NCBI GenBank assembly: GCA_963721685.1
Contig: CAVRJJ010000005.1
Span: 103,943-167,942, forward strand
From: an uncultured bacterium
GTDB lineage: Bacteria; Patescibacteriota; Saccharimonadia; UBA4664; SCTI01
Direction: 5' to 3'
DNA length: 64,000 nucleotides
The notes under the pieces are model-generated. The model was not told the origin of the DNA. It ran no database searches and saw nothing but the letters and a program-made list of their open reading frames with translations. Positions 51,403 to 62,268 of this stretch are shown one piece after another; positions within the stretch are counted from its first letter, which is position 1, and every line of letters begins with the position of its first letter. The translations under genes were made by a program, and so were the position numbers.

Positions 51403-52056
51403 TTAAGAACTCGTAAACAGTTTAACATCCGGCGGCAGGATCATTTGAATCAGCCCGAACATAATTACAAACAAGACAAGGCCGGTAATTGCCCCTTTTA
51501 TCCGCTCTTTAGCTTCTTTGGCAATTTCAGGGTCATCGCCGGAAATAACGTACTGCAGCCCGGCAATCACCAGCACCAGCACAAGAATTACCCCAAAGAT
51601 TCCGGTTAAAAATTGCACGCCATATGCCACCAGAGCGAAAATCGGATTTTGGTCGCCGCCGCCGATGCAGCCGCCGGTTCCCAGGGCCTTGCTTACCTTA
51701 ACCCCTTTGCCGGTACAACCGCCGGCGCTGGGGTTGGCCGCCCGGTCGTTGCGACCGCTTTCAGCCCCTTTATCGTACGACTTGTTGCAGGATGTAAGCT
51801 TTGCCCCACGTAAACTGGAGGGCTTACACAGCGCGCTCTTGCTAACACCCCCCTCGGTGTAACCACCTACGAATGCCTTTTTGCACTGCGTTTCACTTAC
51901 CTTGGTTGAAGTGGGGGCGTTGGGGTAACTTCGGCAAAAGTCATTGGCCTGTTCGGTTTTGGAGGCTGGCGCGGCCGAAGCCGTTTCGGTAACCAGAACC
52001 CCGGGAACTCCCAAGGTCATAACCAGCACCATAAGCTGCAGAAGATAACGTTTCAT
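51403..52056 (-). CDS. VirB2/TrbC-like pilin with Cys-rich N-terminal domain
   Basis: AGLQYVISGDD...AKERIKGAITG; six Cys in the N-terminal domain. Confidence 0.8.
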   Translation of the reverse strand: MKRYLLQLMVLVMTLGVPGVLVTETASAAPASKTEQANDFCRSYPNAPTSTKVSETQCKKAFVGGYTEGGVSKSALCKPSSLRGAKLTSCNKSYDKGAESGRNDRAANPSAGGCTGKGVKVSKALGTGGCIGGGDQNPIFALVAYGVQFLTGIFGVILVLVLVIAGLQYVISGDDPEIAKEAKERIKGAITGLVLFVIMFGLIQMILPPDVKLFTSS

Positions 52057-52147
52057 GGGCTTTATTTTAGGCTTCAGGTAGCCCAGCTGTCAAAGTTGTT
52101 ACGTTTAAATGGTGCATTTCGGGGTAAAATCCATTACACTTATGCTT

Positions 52148-55087
52148 ATGAAGAGGAGTAATTCCCGAGTACTCGCGGCGCTCGCCGTCTACCTGTTCGC
52201 GATGGTGGCATCTTTGCTCGTGCCCCTGTTTGCGCAGCCCGCGCAAGCAGCCACGGTAGAGCGCGACTGGGTAATGGTTTTCCCAACCGATAGGGAAGTG
52301 TTAGCTGAAATGAACCGGGAGCTTAGCACGGGCGTTACATCACAGCCTGGTTTTTCCCCGGGTCTGAGCCAAACCTATGTAATGCATAAAAACGACTTAT
52401 GGGATCCGGCCGGGTTTCGTAAGTTTAGCTTTAACCGGGCAGCATCGGACCAAGCAAATTTCCGTTTTTACGCCTTTACCACCTCTTATTACTGTGCCAA
52501 CGATAAAGTAGTTAAATCCAAGCCTTCATCGGGTGACTATTCATTTGTGGAGCTAAAGCTGAACGCGGTTATTAAGGCCGGTTTTGCCAGCACGCCGCCG
52601 CCCACCCACGACACGACCCTTACCGTTAAGCGCTTCACCCACTACAACTCAGCGGGCACCGGGGTGGATTACGAGGTTGGCAACAAAACCAAAACCGGAA
52701 CCCTGCAGCAAGTCGCCCGGCACCGCAGTTGTATGCCCGGGGAAACCGTCTTTTCCCCGACGTCGAGCGCCAGCGACCTATTTGCAATCCGTAATATTAA
52801 AGATCCGGCGGTAAACGATTCCACCTGGGCAAACGCCAAAGACAAGGTACGAGACCAAGTGGAAGCCGACCCGATTACCGGCTCCGACCCTTCGGCGGGT
52901 GGCGGGGGCAGCACCGGCTCAACCGGGGCCGACACCGACCAAGGAGACCAGTGCCCCCGAAAAGCCTTTAACTTTGGCTGGTTGATTTGCCCGGCGCTTG
53001 AACTGGTTAATAATCTCTTTGTGCAAAATTTCCAAAAATTTATGGCTGGCGCTCTCAGCATTGACCCCTTAGACCAAAACGGCGCCGATAAAAATATCTA
53101 CCTGGTATGGAAAAACCTTCGCGACCTCGCGAATGTGCTGTTCCTGCTTATTTTCATGATAATTGTGCTAGCCAACACCCTCTCCATTAATGTGCAGACC
53201 TACACCATTAAAAAGATGATCCCCAAACTGGTAGCGGCGGCGATACTGGTCCAGTTTTCCTTTATCATCAGCGCGGTCATTATAGACGTGGGTAATATCT
53301 TAGGGGATGGCATAGGCGACCTCATTAAGAGCGTGGCAAATACACCGGGAGGCACAAACGATAAAGCCATTGATGGCTTCTTCCAGAACTCCGCCGCCGC
53401 CATAACCGCGGTGGTGGGGGGAGGCTTAATTGTCGGTTCCGCGATTGCCACATCGGGAGCAACGGTTGGTGTGGCGATTGGTGCCATAATACTCGTCGGA
53501 ATAACCGCCTTCTTCGCGTTTTTGTCTATTCTCCTAACCCTCGTGCTGCGGAAGATGATAATCATCATTCTCATTATCGTTTCCCCGCTGGCATTCGCGG
53601 CCATGGTCCTTCCCAGCACCGACAAGTTCTTCAAGATATGGCTGGAAACGTTCATTAAAGTAATTATGATGTACCCGATCATCGTGTTTATGTTTGGGGC
53701 AGCCACCGTTTTGCAAAAAGCCGTGAGTGGCGGCGAAGGCGGCGTGGGCGATGACGCGGGACTGGTAAAAATAATGGCGGCGGCTATGCCAATTGTGGCG
53801 TGCTTTATGGTTCCGAAAGCCTTCGCCTGGGGAGGAAAGTTAATGAGTGGCGGATCTAACGCCATTGACAGTCTGGTGCGCGGTAAGATTGGCGGCAAAG
53901 CCACCGCTAAATTCAAAGCAAGCGACGCCTATACCGTTCCTCGGGCCTTGCGTGAGGGCAACAAGCAAGAAAAAACCGAAGGCCACGCGGGCTTGGACGG
54001 CAAAGATCCCCTCAGCAGGTACCGGCGCTATAAGGCTGGCGTTAAGCTTAGGGGTGACTACCTTGGGGGGAACCGGACCATAGCAAAGGGCGCGGATGGC
54101 AAGTACTGGCATATTGATCCTGATACTGGGAAAAGAACCTTAAATAAATATGGAGATATGTCACGCATGCAGACTAAGCAAAGAAACGCTTATTTGCAAA
54201 AAGGCATTGATGCCAACAAAGAACTTGACCGGAATGAAATACTTGGTCTCTTAGATCCGATGCGACAGGGTGCTCAACACGGAGACTTCAAGGACATTAA
54301 AGAGAATCCGCTGCTTTATGACCAAATGGTGAATGGCATTGGTAGCTATATTGAAAAAGAAGGCAAGCTTCCTTACGCCGAAGCACTCGATGATTTGGCA
54401 GACTTAGGGCATGCCCTCGGTAAAGGTAGTGAAAAGATAGGAATGGACAGGGACTTCCTGATGAGCCGGGACCATAAAGTAGCAGAGGCTCACCCCGTTT
54501 CATCGGAAGGTGCCCAAGTAATGCCGACCGCGCAAAGAGTCGAGCTGAATGACGACGGAACTACTAAAGTTGCCAATAAAGAGTTCCATGGCGTAGAGGG
54601 CTCAGAAGCTAAAAAAGCCACGGTCTTTAAAGAAGGAAGCCATGCACATGAAGATATCAAGAGAAAATTTGGCGCTGAAACATTCATGGGCGATAACCAC
54701 GAACAAGCGGTGGATCAGCTCGCCCACAATTATGTCCAAACTTCTTCAGGAGAACAACAGCGCCTTCTCGACCACCTGCTCGCGGACGATAATAATAAAT
54801 TCGTTCTTCATAACCTAAGAACAACCCCCACCGCCTACCGTAACGTAAAACCCGAAACGGCCGCTGCGGTCGTAAGTCACGCAAACAAGTCCTTGGCTCG
54901 CCTTGGACATCTTAAGTCGACTGGACCTAGTAACGACCAAGAAAGAGCGGAGCTGGCCCTCCTCACCAAAAATGAAAGTAGCTATATAGTTGCCTCCCAT
55001 TTTCAGGACGACCTTACGCAATATAATGACGAAGCCGGTAAGACTGGATCAAAACTCAATCTTGCACTGGAGGATCTAAGGTCATAA
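52148..55087 (+). CDS. VirB6/TrbL-like T4SS polytopic membrane protein
   Basis: Signal peptide; FGWLICP; WKNLRDLANV..YTIKKMIPKLV..LVQFS; SPLAFAAMVLPST..FFKIW; long soluble tail. Confidence 0.8.
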   Translation: MKRSNSRVLAALAVYLFAMVASLLVPLFAQPAQAATVERDWVMVFPTDREVLAEMNRELSTGVTSQPGFSPGLSQTYVMHKNDLWDPAGFRKFSFNRAASDQANFRFYAFTTSYYCANDKVVKSKPSSGDYSFVELKLNAVIKAGFASTPPPTHDTTLTVKRFTHYNSAGTGVDYEVGNKTKTGTLQQVARHRSCMPGETVFSPTSSASDLFAIRNIKDPAVNDSTWANAKDKVRDQVEADPITGSDPSAGGGGSTGSTGADTDQGDQCPRKAFNFGWLICPALELVNNLFVQNFQKFMAGALSIDPLDQNGADKNIYLVWKNLRDLANVLFLLIFMIIVLANTLSINVQTYTIKKMIPKLVAAAILVQFSFIISAVIIDVGNILGDGIGDLIKSVANTPGGTNDKAIDGFFQNSAAAITAVVGGGLIVGSAIATSGATVGVAIGAIILVGITAFFAFLSILLTLVLRKMIIIILIIVSPLAFAAMVLPSTDKFFKIWLETFIKVIMMYPIIVFMFGAATVLQKAVSGGEGGVGDDAGLVKIMAAAMPIVACFMVPKAFAWGGKLMSGGSNAIDSLVRGKIGGKATAKFKASDAYTVPRALREGNKQEKTEGHAGLDGKDPLSRYRRYKAGVKLRGDYLGGNRTIAKGADGKYWHIDPDTGKRTLNKYGDMSRMQTKQRNAYLQKGIDANKELDRNEILGLLDPMRQGAQHGDFKDIKENPLLYDQMVNGIGSYIEKEGKLPYAEALDDLADLGHALGKGSEKIGMDRDFLMSRDHKVAEAHPVSSEGAQVMPTAQRVELNDDGTTKVANKEFHGVEGSEAKKATVFKEGSHAHEDIKRKFGAETFMGDNHEQAVDQLAHNYVQTSSGEQQRLLDHLLADDNNKFVLHNLRTTPTAYRNVKPETAAAVVSHANKSLARLGHLKSTGPSNDQERAELALLTKNESSYIVASHFQDDLTQYNDEAGKTGSKLNLALEDLRS

Positions 55088-55938
55088 TGGGTACCTATAA
55101 AGTTCCTCAAGATGTTGAGTCCGACGATAAGATCTTAGGGCCGTTAAGCATGAAGCAGTTCATCTATGCCATGATCGGCATAGGCTACGGGCTGTTAACC
55201 TTCGCGATTTTAAAATCAGTTATCATCATTTGGATCCTGGTGGGTGTTCCGCCCATGCTCGCGCTACTGGCACTTGGTTTGTACCAGAAAAAAGACCAGT
55301 CAATGGAAACCTACATTGTCAGCATCATCCAATTTATCGTCCGGCCAAAAGTCCGCTATTGGCAAAAGGAGCCAATTGCCGAAGTGTTCCACCTTGAACC
55401 GCCGCCGCCAAAACCGGCCATGGAAATGCGAGATTCGCGTAAAGTCCGCAGCCAGCTGGCGCAGCTAGCCAACGTGGTAGACACCCGCGGCTGGTCGGTT
55501 AAGCATCCCGAGCTGCAAGAGCTCCAGGAGCTGCACGATTTACCAACGGTTGATCTTGGTGGCAGGGTTGGCGGCGGCCAGTTAGGCGGCCCATCCACCG
55601 TGGGAATGGAGCCGCCGGAGGTTAGCGACGAGGATGACATGCTAAGCTCCACTACCACCAAAGCCGGGGAGTTGGACGCGCTGATTGCCAATAGCGTTAA
55701 AAGCCTACGCGCCGAGGTAATGGAGGGCATGGCAGCCGGCCATGTTCCAGGGGACGCTCCTGCCCTCTCAAGCACAAGCGGGATGACAGTGGCCCCATCT
55801 GGTGATATACTCAAATTAGCCGCGGAGGGTGGGGATTTGTCAGTTGCCCAAATTGCTGCCCAAGCCCACCGCTTTAATCAACCAACCGCCGAAGGGCAGC
55901 AAGTGAGCGTGCAGAATGCCAACAGCCAACCAGCCTAA
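55087..55938 (+). CDS. PrgI family (VirB3-like) protein
   Basis: YKVPQDVESDDKILGPLSMKQF, two TM helices, RPKVRYW. Confidence 0.85.
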   Translation: MGTYKVPQDVESDDKILGPLSMKQFIYAMIGIGYGLLTFAILKSVIIIWILVGVPPMLALLALGLYQKKDQSMETYIVSIIQFIVRPKVRYWQKEPIAEVFHLEPPPPKPAMEMRDSRKVRSQLAQLANVVDTRGWSVKHPELQELQELHDLPTVDLGGRVGGGQLGGPSTVGMEPPEVSDEDDMLSSTTTKAGELDALIANSVKSLRAEVMEGMAAGHVPGDAPALSSTSGMTVAPSGDILKLAAEGGDLSVAQIAAQAHRFNQPTAEGQQVSVQNANSQPA

Positions 55939-56659
55939 TCCCGCCCCCAAGCCCAGCACCCAAGATACACTGCTGATTTCCGAAATCCGCGACGGGGTAG
56001 TGGTGATGCGCGACGGTAGCTTACGCAATGTGCTTATGGCCAGCGCGGTAAACTTTGACCTTATGAGCGCGGGCGAGCGTGAAGGGGTGGAGTACGCCTA
56101 CCAAAGCTTCTTAAACTCGCTGCACTTCCCTATTCAAATTGTGGTTAAGTCGCAGCGGCTGGAGCTTGAAAGCTATATTGCCAATCTCCAGCAACTTCAA
56201 ACCGAGCAAGACAACCCGATGCTCGCTAATTTAATGGATGACTACATTGCCAATATCTTCAACCTGATTGACCAAGTTAATATCATGGATAAGCAGTTTT
56301 ATGTGGTAGTGCCGTTTTATCCGCCCGTGGTGGATAAAATTGCCAAAAAGAATATTGTCTCGAGCATCGCGGGATCATTTAAAAAAACCACTGTTACCAC
56401 CGTTAATGAAACCGACTTTAACGCTTATAAAGAAGAGCTGGCCCAGCGCGTGGGGTTGGTTTCCAGCGGTTTGGGGCAAATGGGGGTTCGTAATATCCCC
56501 CTCAACACCCAGGAATTGATTGATTTGTATTACTCCGCCTACAACCCGGACGCGGCTGAAAACCAAAAGCTGGTTGAGGCCGCCCAATTGCAAACCGCGG
56601 CGGTTACCAAGGGTGAGGGTGAGGCGCCGCGCCACTTGGCCGGCGGAGGGCCGTACTAA
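55916..56659 (+). CDS. T4SS accessory protein (TraC/VirB4 N-terminal-like)
   Basis: STQDTLLISEIRDGVV, VNFDLMS, FLNSLHFPIQI, FYVVVP. Confidence 0.75.
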   Translation: MPTANQPNPAPKPSTQDTLLISEIRDGVVVMRDGSLRNVLMASAVNFDLMSAGEREGVEYAYQSFLNSLHFPIQIVVKSQRLELESYIANLQQLQTEQDNPMLANLMDDYIANIFNLIDQVNIMDKQFYVVVPFYPPVVDKIAKKNIVSSIAGSFKKTTVTTVNETDFNAYKEELAQRVGLVSSGLGQMGVRNIPLNTQELIDLYYSAYNPDAAENQKLVEAAQLQTAAVTKGEGEAPRHLAGGGPY

Positions 56660-58524
56660 TGGGGGTGTTTGGCGGCAAAAAACCAGTTAATGACCCCATT
56701 GCGCTAGCCGAAGCCCAGAGGGCCAAAGAACAGCAGGAAGCCGAGGCCATTTACCGGCAGGGCATTGTGAGCCTGCGCGATCTTATAGCGCCGCCCAGTT
56801 TGCAGGTAACGGCCGACCACATCCAAATCGGTACCCGCTTCGCCCGGACATTATATGTGTACGGCTATCCCCGCCAGATTTTTACCGGATGGTTAAGCCC
56901 CCTGGTAAACCTTGATGAGGTCATGGACCTAAGCATGTTCATTATGCCGGTCGAAAGCCAAATTGTATTAAACAACCTGAGACGCAAAGTAGGCCAACTG
57001 GAGGCCAGCTACAGTATTAACCAGGAAAAAGGCCGGGTGCGCGATCCCGGCTTAGAAGCGGCCATTATGGACGCCGAGGAGCTGCGCGATAAGCTGCAAG
57101 TTGGTGAGGAGCGGTTTTTCCGCTTTGGTTTATATGCCACCATCTACGCCGACAGCCTGGAAGAGCTCAAGGACGTTCAGCGTAAGATTGAGGGTATTTT
57201 TGGGCAATCGCTGGTTTATACCAAAGCCGCGACCATGCAGATGGAGCCGGGCTTTAATTCTACTCTGCCGCTCGGCACCGACCAGCTTCAAGTAGCGCGC
57301 AACATGGACACCAATGCCCTTTCTACCAGCTTTCCGTTCACCTCAGCCGAACTCAGCCGCAACGAAGGCGTGCTCTACGGTATTAACCGTCACAACAATG
57401 GGCTGGTGCTATTCGACCGATTCAGCCTGGAAAACGCCAACATGGTGGTATTTGCAAAATCCGGAGCCGGTAAAAGCTTCGCAATTAAACTTGAGGCCAT
57501 CCGGAGCTTAATGCTGGGCACTGAAATTCTGGTTATCGACCCCGAAGATGAGTACCGGGCGCTATGCGAAGCCGTTGGAGGCAGCTACTTGCGCCTAAGC
57601 CTAGCCTCCGACAATCGGCTTAATCCATTCGACCTTCCTAGAGTCCTCGACAGTGAAGACGCCGACAATGCCCTGCGGGCCAACATTATCACACTGCACG
57701 GCTTATTGCGCCTGATGATGGGAGGCCAAGCCGCGCCGCTCGGTCCGGCCGAAGACGCCGACTTGGATGTGGCACTCATTAATACCTACGCTAAAGCCGG
57801 CATTACCAACGACCCCCTTACCCACGGTGCCACCCCGCCCACCATGAACGACCTGCATAAGACTTTGTCGGAAATGAGCGGCAACGGTCCCGCGCTGGCC
57901 CAGCGCCTGCGCCAGTACACTACCGGAACATTTGCCGGCATCTTCTCGGAACAATCAAACGTTGACCTCTACAACAAGTTTGTGGTGTTCAACATCCGTG
58001 ACCTGGAAGACGAGCTGCGCCCGGTTGGGATGTACATTGTTCTTAACTACATTTGGAACAAAGTAAAAAGTGACAAGAAGAAGCGCATCCTAATTGTGGA
58101 TGAAGCCTGGCAGCTCATGAAGTTTGAAGATAGCGCTAACTTTATGTTCAGCATTGCCAAGCGAGCCCGAAAATATTTCTTGGGCCTGACCACCATCACC
58201 CAGGATGTCGACGACTTTCTAAGCTCGCGGATGGGCCGCGCGATTGTATCCAACTCATCACTGCAGCTGCTGCTGAAGCAAGCCCCCAGCTCAGTGGATA
58301 TTATTGGCGAAACCTTTAAGCTAACCTCTGAAGAAAAAACCCGGCTTACCACGTTCCCGGTTGGAGAAGGCCTGTTCTTTGCCGGCCTTAACCACGTGGT
58401 GATGCGTATCCTAGCCTCCGAGACCGAAACTCGGCTGATTACCACCAACCCCCAGGCGGTAGCCAAGCAGGAGGCAGCCACACAGGCATACAGAGAGGCC
58501 CAGCAGGAAATAGCGGGGGGCTAA
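56659..58524 (+). CDS. virB4: VirB4-like ATPase
   Basis: FAKSGAGKS Walker A, VIDPEDEY, NPFD, LIVDEAW Walker B, KRARKY, ITQDVDDF. Confidence 0.92.
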   Translation: MGVFGGKKPVNDPIALAEAQRAKEQQEAEAIYRQGIVSLRDLIAPPSLQVTADHIQIGTRFARTLYVYGYPRQIFTGWLSPLVNLDEVMDLSMFIMPVESQIVLNNLRRKVGQLEASYSINQEKGRVRDPGLEAAIMDAEELRDKLQVGEERFFRFGLYATIYADSLEELKDVQRKIEGIFGQSLVYTKAATMQMEPGFNSTLPLGTDQLQVARNMDTNALSTSFPFTSAELSRNEGVLYGINRHNNGLVLFDRFSLENANMVVFAKSGAGKSFAIKLEAIRSLMLGTEILVIDPEDEYRALCEAVGGSYLRLSLASDNRLNPFDLPRVLDSEDADNALRANIITLHGLLRLMMGGQAAPLGPAEDADLDVALINTYAKAGITNDPLTHGATPPTMNDLHKTLSEMSGNGPALAQRLRQYTTGTFAGIFSEQSNVDLYNKFVVFNIRDLEDELRPVGMYIVLNYIWNKVKSDKKKRILIVDEAWQLMKFEDSANFMFSIAKRARKYFLGLTTITQDVDDFLSSRMGRAIVSNSSLQLLLKQAPSSVDIIGETFKLTSEEKTRLTTFPVGEGLFFAGLNHVVMRILASETETRLITTNPQAVAKQEAATQAYREAQQEIAGG

Positions 58525-58527
58525 GCA

Positions 58528-61500
58528 ATGCAGCCAACGCTTTCCCCACAAGATGATGAGGAGCTCGATAACCCGGTTGACGACCATGACGCACTGGGGG
58601 AGGAGGACAACGCACCCTATAGCGATCTGCCGCGCAGCCACCAGCCGGCATCTTCACGCTTCCAGGATGATGCCCAGCGCGGTTTAGATGATATCCCGGT
58701 ACAAGACCCGGCCCACCGCAGCAACCGCCCGGGCGATGGAACAGCCAGGGCCAGTGATGGATCGCCCCTGCCGGGAGGACCCGCCAGCGAGGTCTCATCC
58801 ACGAAAAAAGGCGGGGTGAGTGACGAAGATGGCCCGGAGGGTGAAGAGGGCGAAAAACCAAAGCCCAAAACATCTGCCTACAAGAAATATAAAAGATACA
58901 AGCTGGCCAAAAATACCGCTAAGGCCATGCTGGGCAGCAGGCGGGCGATTTTCGGACTAATCTTCAGCGGCAGCATCATTGGTTTACTGATTGGCGGATT
59001 TTTTCTCCTAGCCCCCTTCAAGCTGATGTTTATGAAAGAAAACATCGATCAAGTCCGGATGGCGCGGATGTATTACATCTTGGATAGGCGCAGCGACCGG
59101 TTCCTGGTAACCATGCTAAAAGCCGAGATAGCGGGCGAAGACGCTGGCGGCCAAAACCGCTACTTTATTGCAAAGGGCTGGGTTGGATCAGAAAACCCCT
59201 TCACCCAGTGGTATAAAGACATGAGAACCGACAAGTTTTTTGAGCAAATGGAGCGCACCCAGGGCGTCCGCTTTATTCGCGAAAAACCGGCGGGTGGCGG
59301 CAAAGACCGCCTGGTAAAACTAAATGTTCGGGGCGAAATAATCGACTTTAGCGCCATAACCAACGATGGCGGCATGGTTTTTGAAGACACCGAACGGTTT
59401 GAGCGGCTGGTAGACACGCGCTACGCGAGCAACAAGGAAGCTCGCCGGGCCTGGAACGGAGCGGTTAAAGACGCCACCAAACGCCACCAGATCATCATGC
59501 GTTATACCATGCGTAAGTGGGGAAGGGAGCGTCTGGGTATTACCAAGTGGCGCTTTTTCGAAAACACCCGAGAGAAAGCCGACGACAAGGTGAGGGCGAC
59601 ATGGAATAAATCCGTCCGTAAGGCCGCGATCAGCGGCAAGGCCATCCGCTGCTTATTTGATGTGGGGCCGTGCCCCGACAGCGACAGCCTAAACGACAGC
59701 GACAACGCGACCGGCGCCCCCGACCCGGAATTTGAACAGGCCGCCAACGAAGCCGATGCCGAGGCGGAACAGGATAGCACGCCCGAAAATCCCAATGACC
59801 CCAGCAAATCGACCCGGCTGTTCGCGAAAAAGATTGTTTTAAAACTCATTCCGTTTGTAAACATTGCGGAGATAATTGACCTCGCGATGCATGTTGACAA
59901 GATGTTTGAAGAAAAGAAGCTGTCTAAAATGGTTGCCGCCTATCGCGCCGCCGAGTACGCGAGCGCCTATTTTACCTTCTCAACCCTTACCGACAACCTT
60001 AAGGCCGGCAAGGACGTGAGCGGCCCGGAGGCTGGCGCGGCGCTAGCGATGTTTAACGGTATGGAAAATAGCGACGGCTACCTGCAAGTTACCAAAAATT
60101 CATCGAGCACCGCCTTCCTTCCCAGCCTGAATAAGGCCTATGCCGCGGATTCTAACCCTATTGATCGGGTTGATGATTCATTCCGCGTTAATGGGTCATC
60201 AAACGCCTCAAAATTTGAAGCCCTTTACGAAAAAACGGTTGGCAAAATTCTTCGCCCCATCCTCAGGGAATGTGACGGACTTATCAATTTCTGTACTATC
60301 GCCAGCAAAATATCCGGCGTTATCGGATCGGTTATTGAAACGATTCTTAAGCCGCTGGTCGCGGTGGCCGCTCCGGTGGGAGGGTTCCTTTTTAGCGCGG
60401 TAGCCGGACAAAGCCCCCAAGAGGCGATGCAGGGAGTAATGGCCGATGCCACGGTTTTCATGGCGGGCTCATCAAAGTGCTCTACAAAATCAGTGAAAGA
60501 ACAGGAAAAAACCGGCAGGGGCGGTGGCCGCCTATTCAATTGTGTTGATGGGGGAGCATCGGTAATAACCGAGGCGGTAACGCAAAATATGGGTGGCGGG
60601 CCCGCCACCACCGTGACCATTAACGAGCTCAACGCCAACATCGCCCAGGCAAAGAGGGAGGAAGATACCGGTAGAAGCCTGTGGGACAAGATCGCTTCCT
60701 TAGAACGAGGGGATTCTTTGGTAGCCAAGCTCATTATGCGCGGCCCGTCATCCGGCAAAGAGCTGGCGGCAAACTTCCAGGGTATGCTTGCCTACATCAA
60801 CCCGGTCAACCTTTTAGATGCCGGCGGTGCCAGCATTGTGGCTCTTTCCAGCCAGCCTTCTTACGCTGATATATTAGATGACAATATGTACGGGGTGGCC
60901 CGGTACGCCGTAAGCGAAGAGGACCTTGCCAAAGAGCCTTATGGCAGCAAGAGCAAAGCCGAATGCGACAAGGAAATGGCCGAATACAAGACCGCCATGG
61001 AGGCCGGCGGCAGCCCCCCAACCAGCATGTGTACGCTGGACTCCGAGGTTGCCAACTCTCTTGCTTGCCTTAATAGTGAAGACCCCGATTGCGCCAGGGT
61101 AGGCGAGCAGGCCATGACACCCTGTCTTGCAGAGCAATCTACCGTAACCAGCCTAACCGGCCAAGCGCCCGTGGATGCCCCTGGCCAAAACCGAAAAATC
61201 GTCCTTATTGGTGATTCACTACTAACGGGTGCCGATGAAACCGGCGACCTCGGGGGCCGGCTTGAGGCCAAAGGTTTCAACGGCGTGGATATCGTAATTG
61301 AGGCATCAAACGGACGCTCAATAACCGGCGCTGGTACCAGCGGGAGCCGGCTTTCCGGGGAAGAGGCGGTTGAGCAGCTGGGCGAGCCTGGCGGGGCAAT
61401 CGACGGCGCCTCCGTGGTTGTGGTGGAGTTAGGCACAAACACCAGCGGAACCCCAGCCCAATTTAAGGCCCAGGTGCGCAAACTTGTTGAATCGATAAAA

Positions 61501-62268
61501 AACGCGGACAAAGAAAGTGATGCCCTAATTTATTGGGTAAGTATTGTGTCCAAAAAAGATGCCAGGTACGCCGCTTATAACGAGGCGATCGAAGAAGTCG
61601 CGGAAAGCGAAAATATCTCGGTAATTACCCCCAAGGACATTAGCCTGAACGCCGATAAAATCCATCCGACACCGGAAGGATATAAAAAGTACGCCCAAGC
61701 CATTGCCGGCGCGGTTGACGCCGACGGTTTAGGTGACGCGGCCAAGCCCGACTGTGGCAACCCGGATGACGCGGTTATTGCCGGCGACGCCCAAGAGATA
61801 GCGGGAAAGCTAAAAGAACTAATGGGCGGAAGCTCGCCGAAGGTGCTTGGCGACAGCCGTTACCTTAAGCAAATTACCAATATTGCTGACGGCAAAGCTG
61901 GCTGCAATGTTGACGAGGCCATCCTTAAGTTGATATATGGCATGACTACTAAAGGCTACCAAGTGAGCATTTCCTCCTTAAACCGCTTTTGCACAAAGGT
62001 GCTGACCGCCTCTGGCGAGGGAAGCAACCACTATAGAAATGGCGGCGGCCACGCGGTGGACTTTCAGGCGGTAAACGGGCAGGCGGTAAATGGCGGGAGC
62101 GCCTTATCGATCAAGTTTATTAAGGATATGGAAGATTTTATGCTAGACGGGACTGAGCTGGGGCAAGTAAACTGCCGCTCGGAACAATTAAGCTTCAGCA
62201 AAAAAGTAAGCCAGGTAAACGACTCTTGCAACCACATTCATGTCGGCTTTGAGCGAGGAGCAGAATAG
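58528..62268 (+). CDS. large T4SS-associated membrane protein with SGNH hydrolase domain
   Basis: Acidic disordered N-terminus, TM helix, LIGDSL..ELGTN..DKIHP SGNH blocks, C-terminal SNHY..GHAVD..HIH (M15/LAS-like). Confidence 0.8.
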   Translation: MQPTLSPQDDEELDNPVDDHDALGEEDNAPYSDLPRSHQPASSRFQDDAQRGLDDIPVQDPAHRSNRPGDGTARASDGSPLPGGPASEVSSTKKGGVSDEDGPEGEEGEKPKPKTSAYKKYKRYKLAKNTAKAMLGSRRAIFGLIFSGSIIGLLIGGFFLLAPFKLMFMKENIDQVRMARMYYILDRRSDRFLVTMLKAEIAGEDAGGQNRYFIAKGWVGSENPFTQWYKDMRTDKFFEQMERTQGVRFIREKPAGGGKDRLVKLNVRGEIIDFSAITNDGGMVFEDTERFERLVDTRYASNKEARRAWNGAVKDATKRHQIIMRYTMRKWGRERLGITKWRFFENTREKADDKVRATWNKSVRKAAISGKAIRCLFDVGPCPDSDSLNDSDNATGAPDPEFEQAANEADAEAEQDSTPENPNDPSKSTRLFAKKIVLKLIPFVNIAEIIDLAMHVDKMFEEKKLSKMVAAYRAAEYASAYFTFSTLTDNLKAGKDVSGPEAGAALAMFNGMENSDGYLQVTKNSSSTAFLPSLNKAYAADSNPIDRVDDSFRVNGSSNASKFEALYEKTVGKILRPILRECDGLINFCTIASKISGVIGSVIETILKPLVAVAAPVGGFLFSAVAGQSPQEAMQGVMADATVFMAGSSKCSTKSVKEQEKTGRGGGRLFNCVDGGASVITEAVTQNMGGGPATTVTINELNANIAQAKREEDTGRSLWDKIASLERGDSLVAKLIMRGPSSGKELAANFQGMLAYINPVNLLDAGGASIVALSSQPSYADILDDNMYGVARYAVSEEDLAKEPYGSKSKAECDKEMAEYKTAMEAGGSPPTSMCTLDSEVANSLACLNSEDPDCARVGEQAMTPCLAEQSTVTSLTGQAPVDAPGQNRKIVLIGDSLLTGADETGDLGGRLEAKGFNGVDIVIEASNGRSITGAGTSGSRLSGEEAVEQLGEPGGAIDGASVVVVELGTNTSGTPAQFKAQVRKLVESIKNADKESDALIYWVSIVSKKDARYAAYNEAIEEVAESENISVITPKDISLNADKIHPTPEGYKKYAQAIAGAVDADGLGDAAKPDCGNPDDAVIAGDAQEIAGKLKELMGGSSPKVLGDSRYLKQITNIADGKAGCNVDEAILKLIYGMTTKGYQVSISSLNRFCTKVLTASGEGSNHYRNGGGHAVDFQAVNGQAVNGGSALSIKFIKDMEDFMLDGTELGQVNCRSEQLSFSKKVSQVNDSCNHIHVGFERGAE

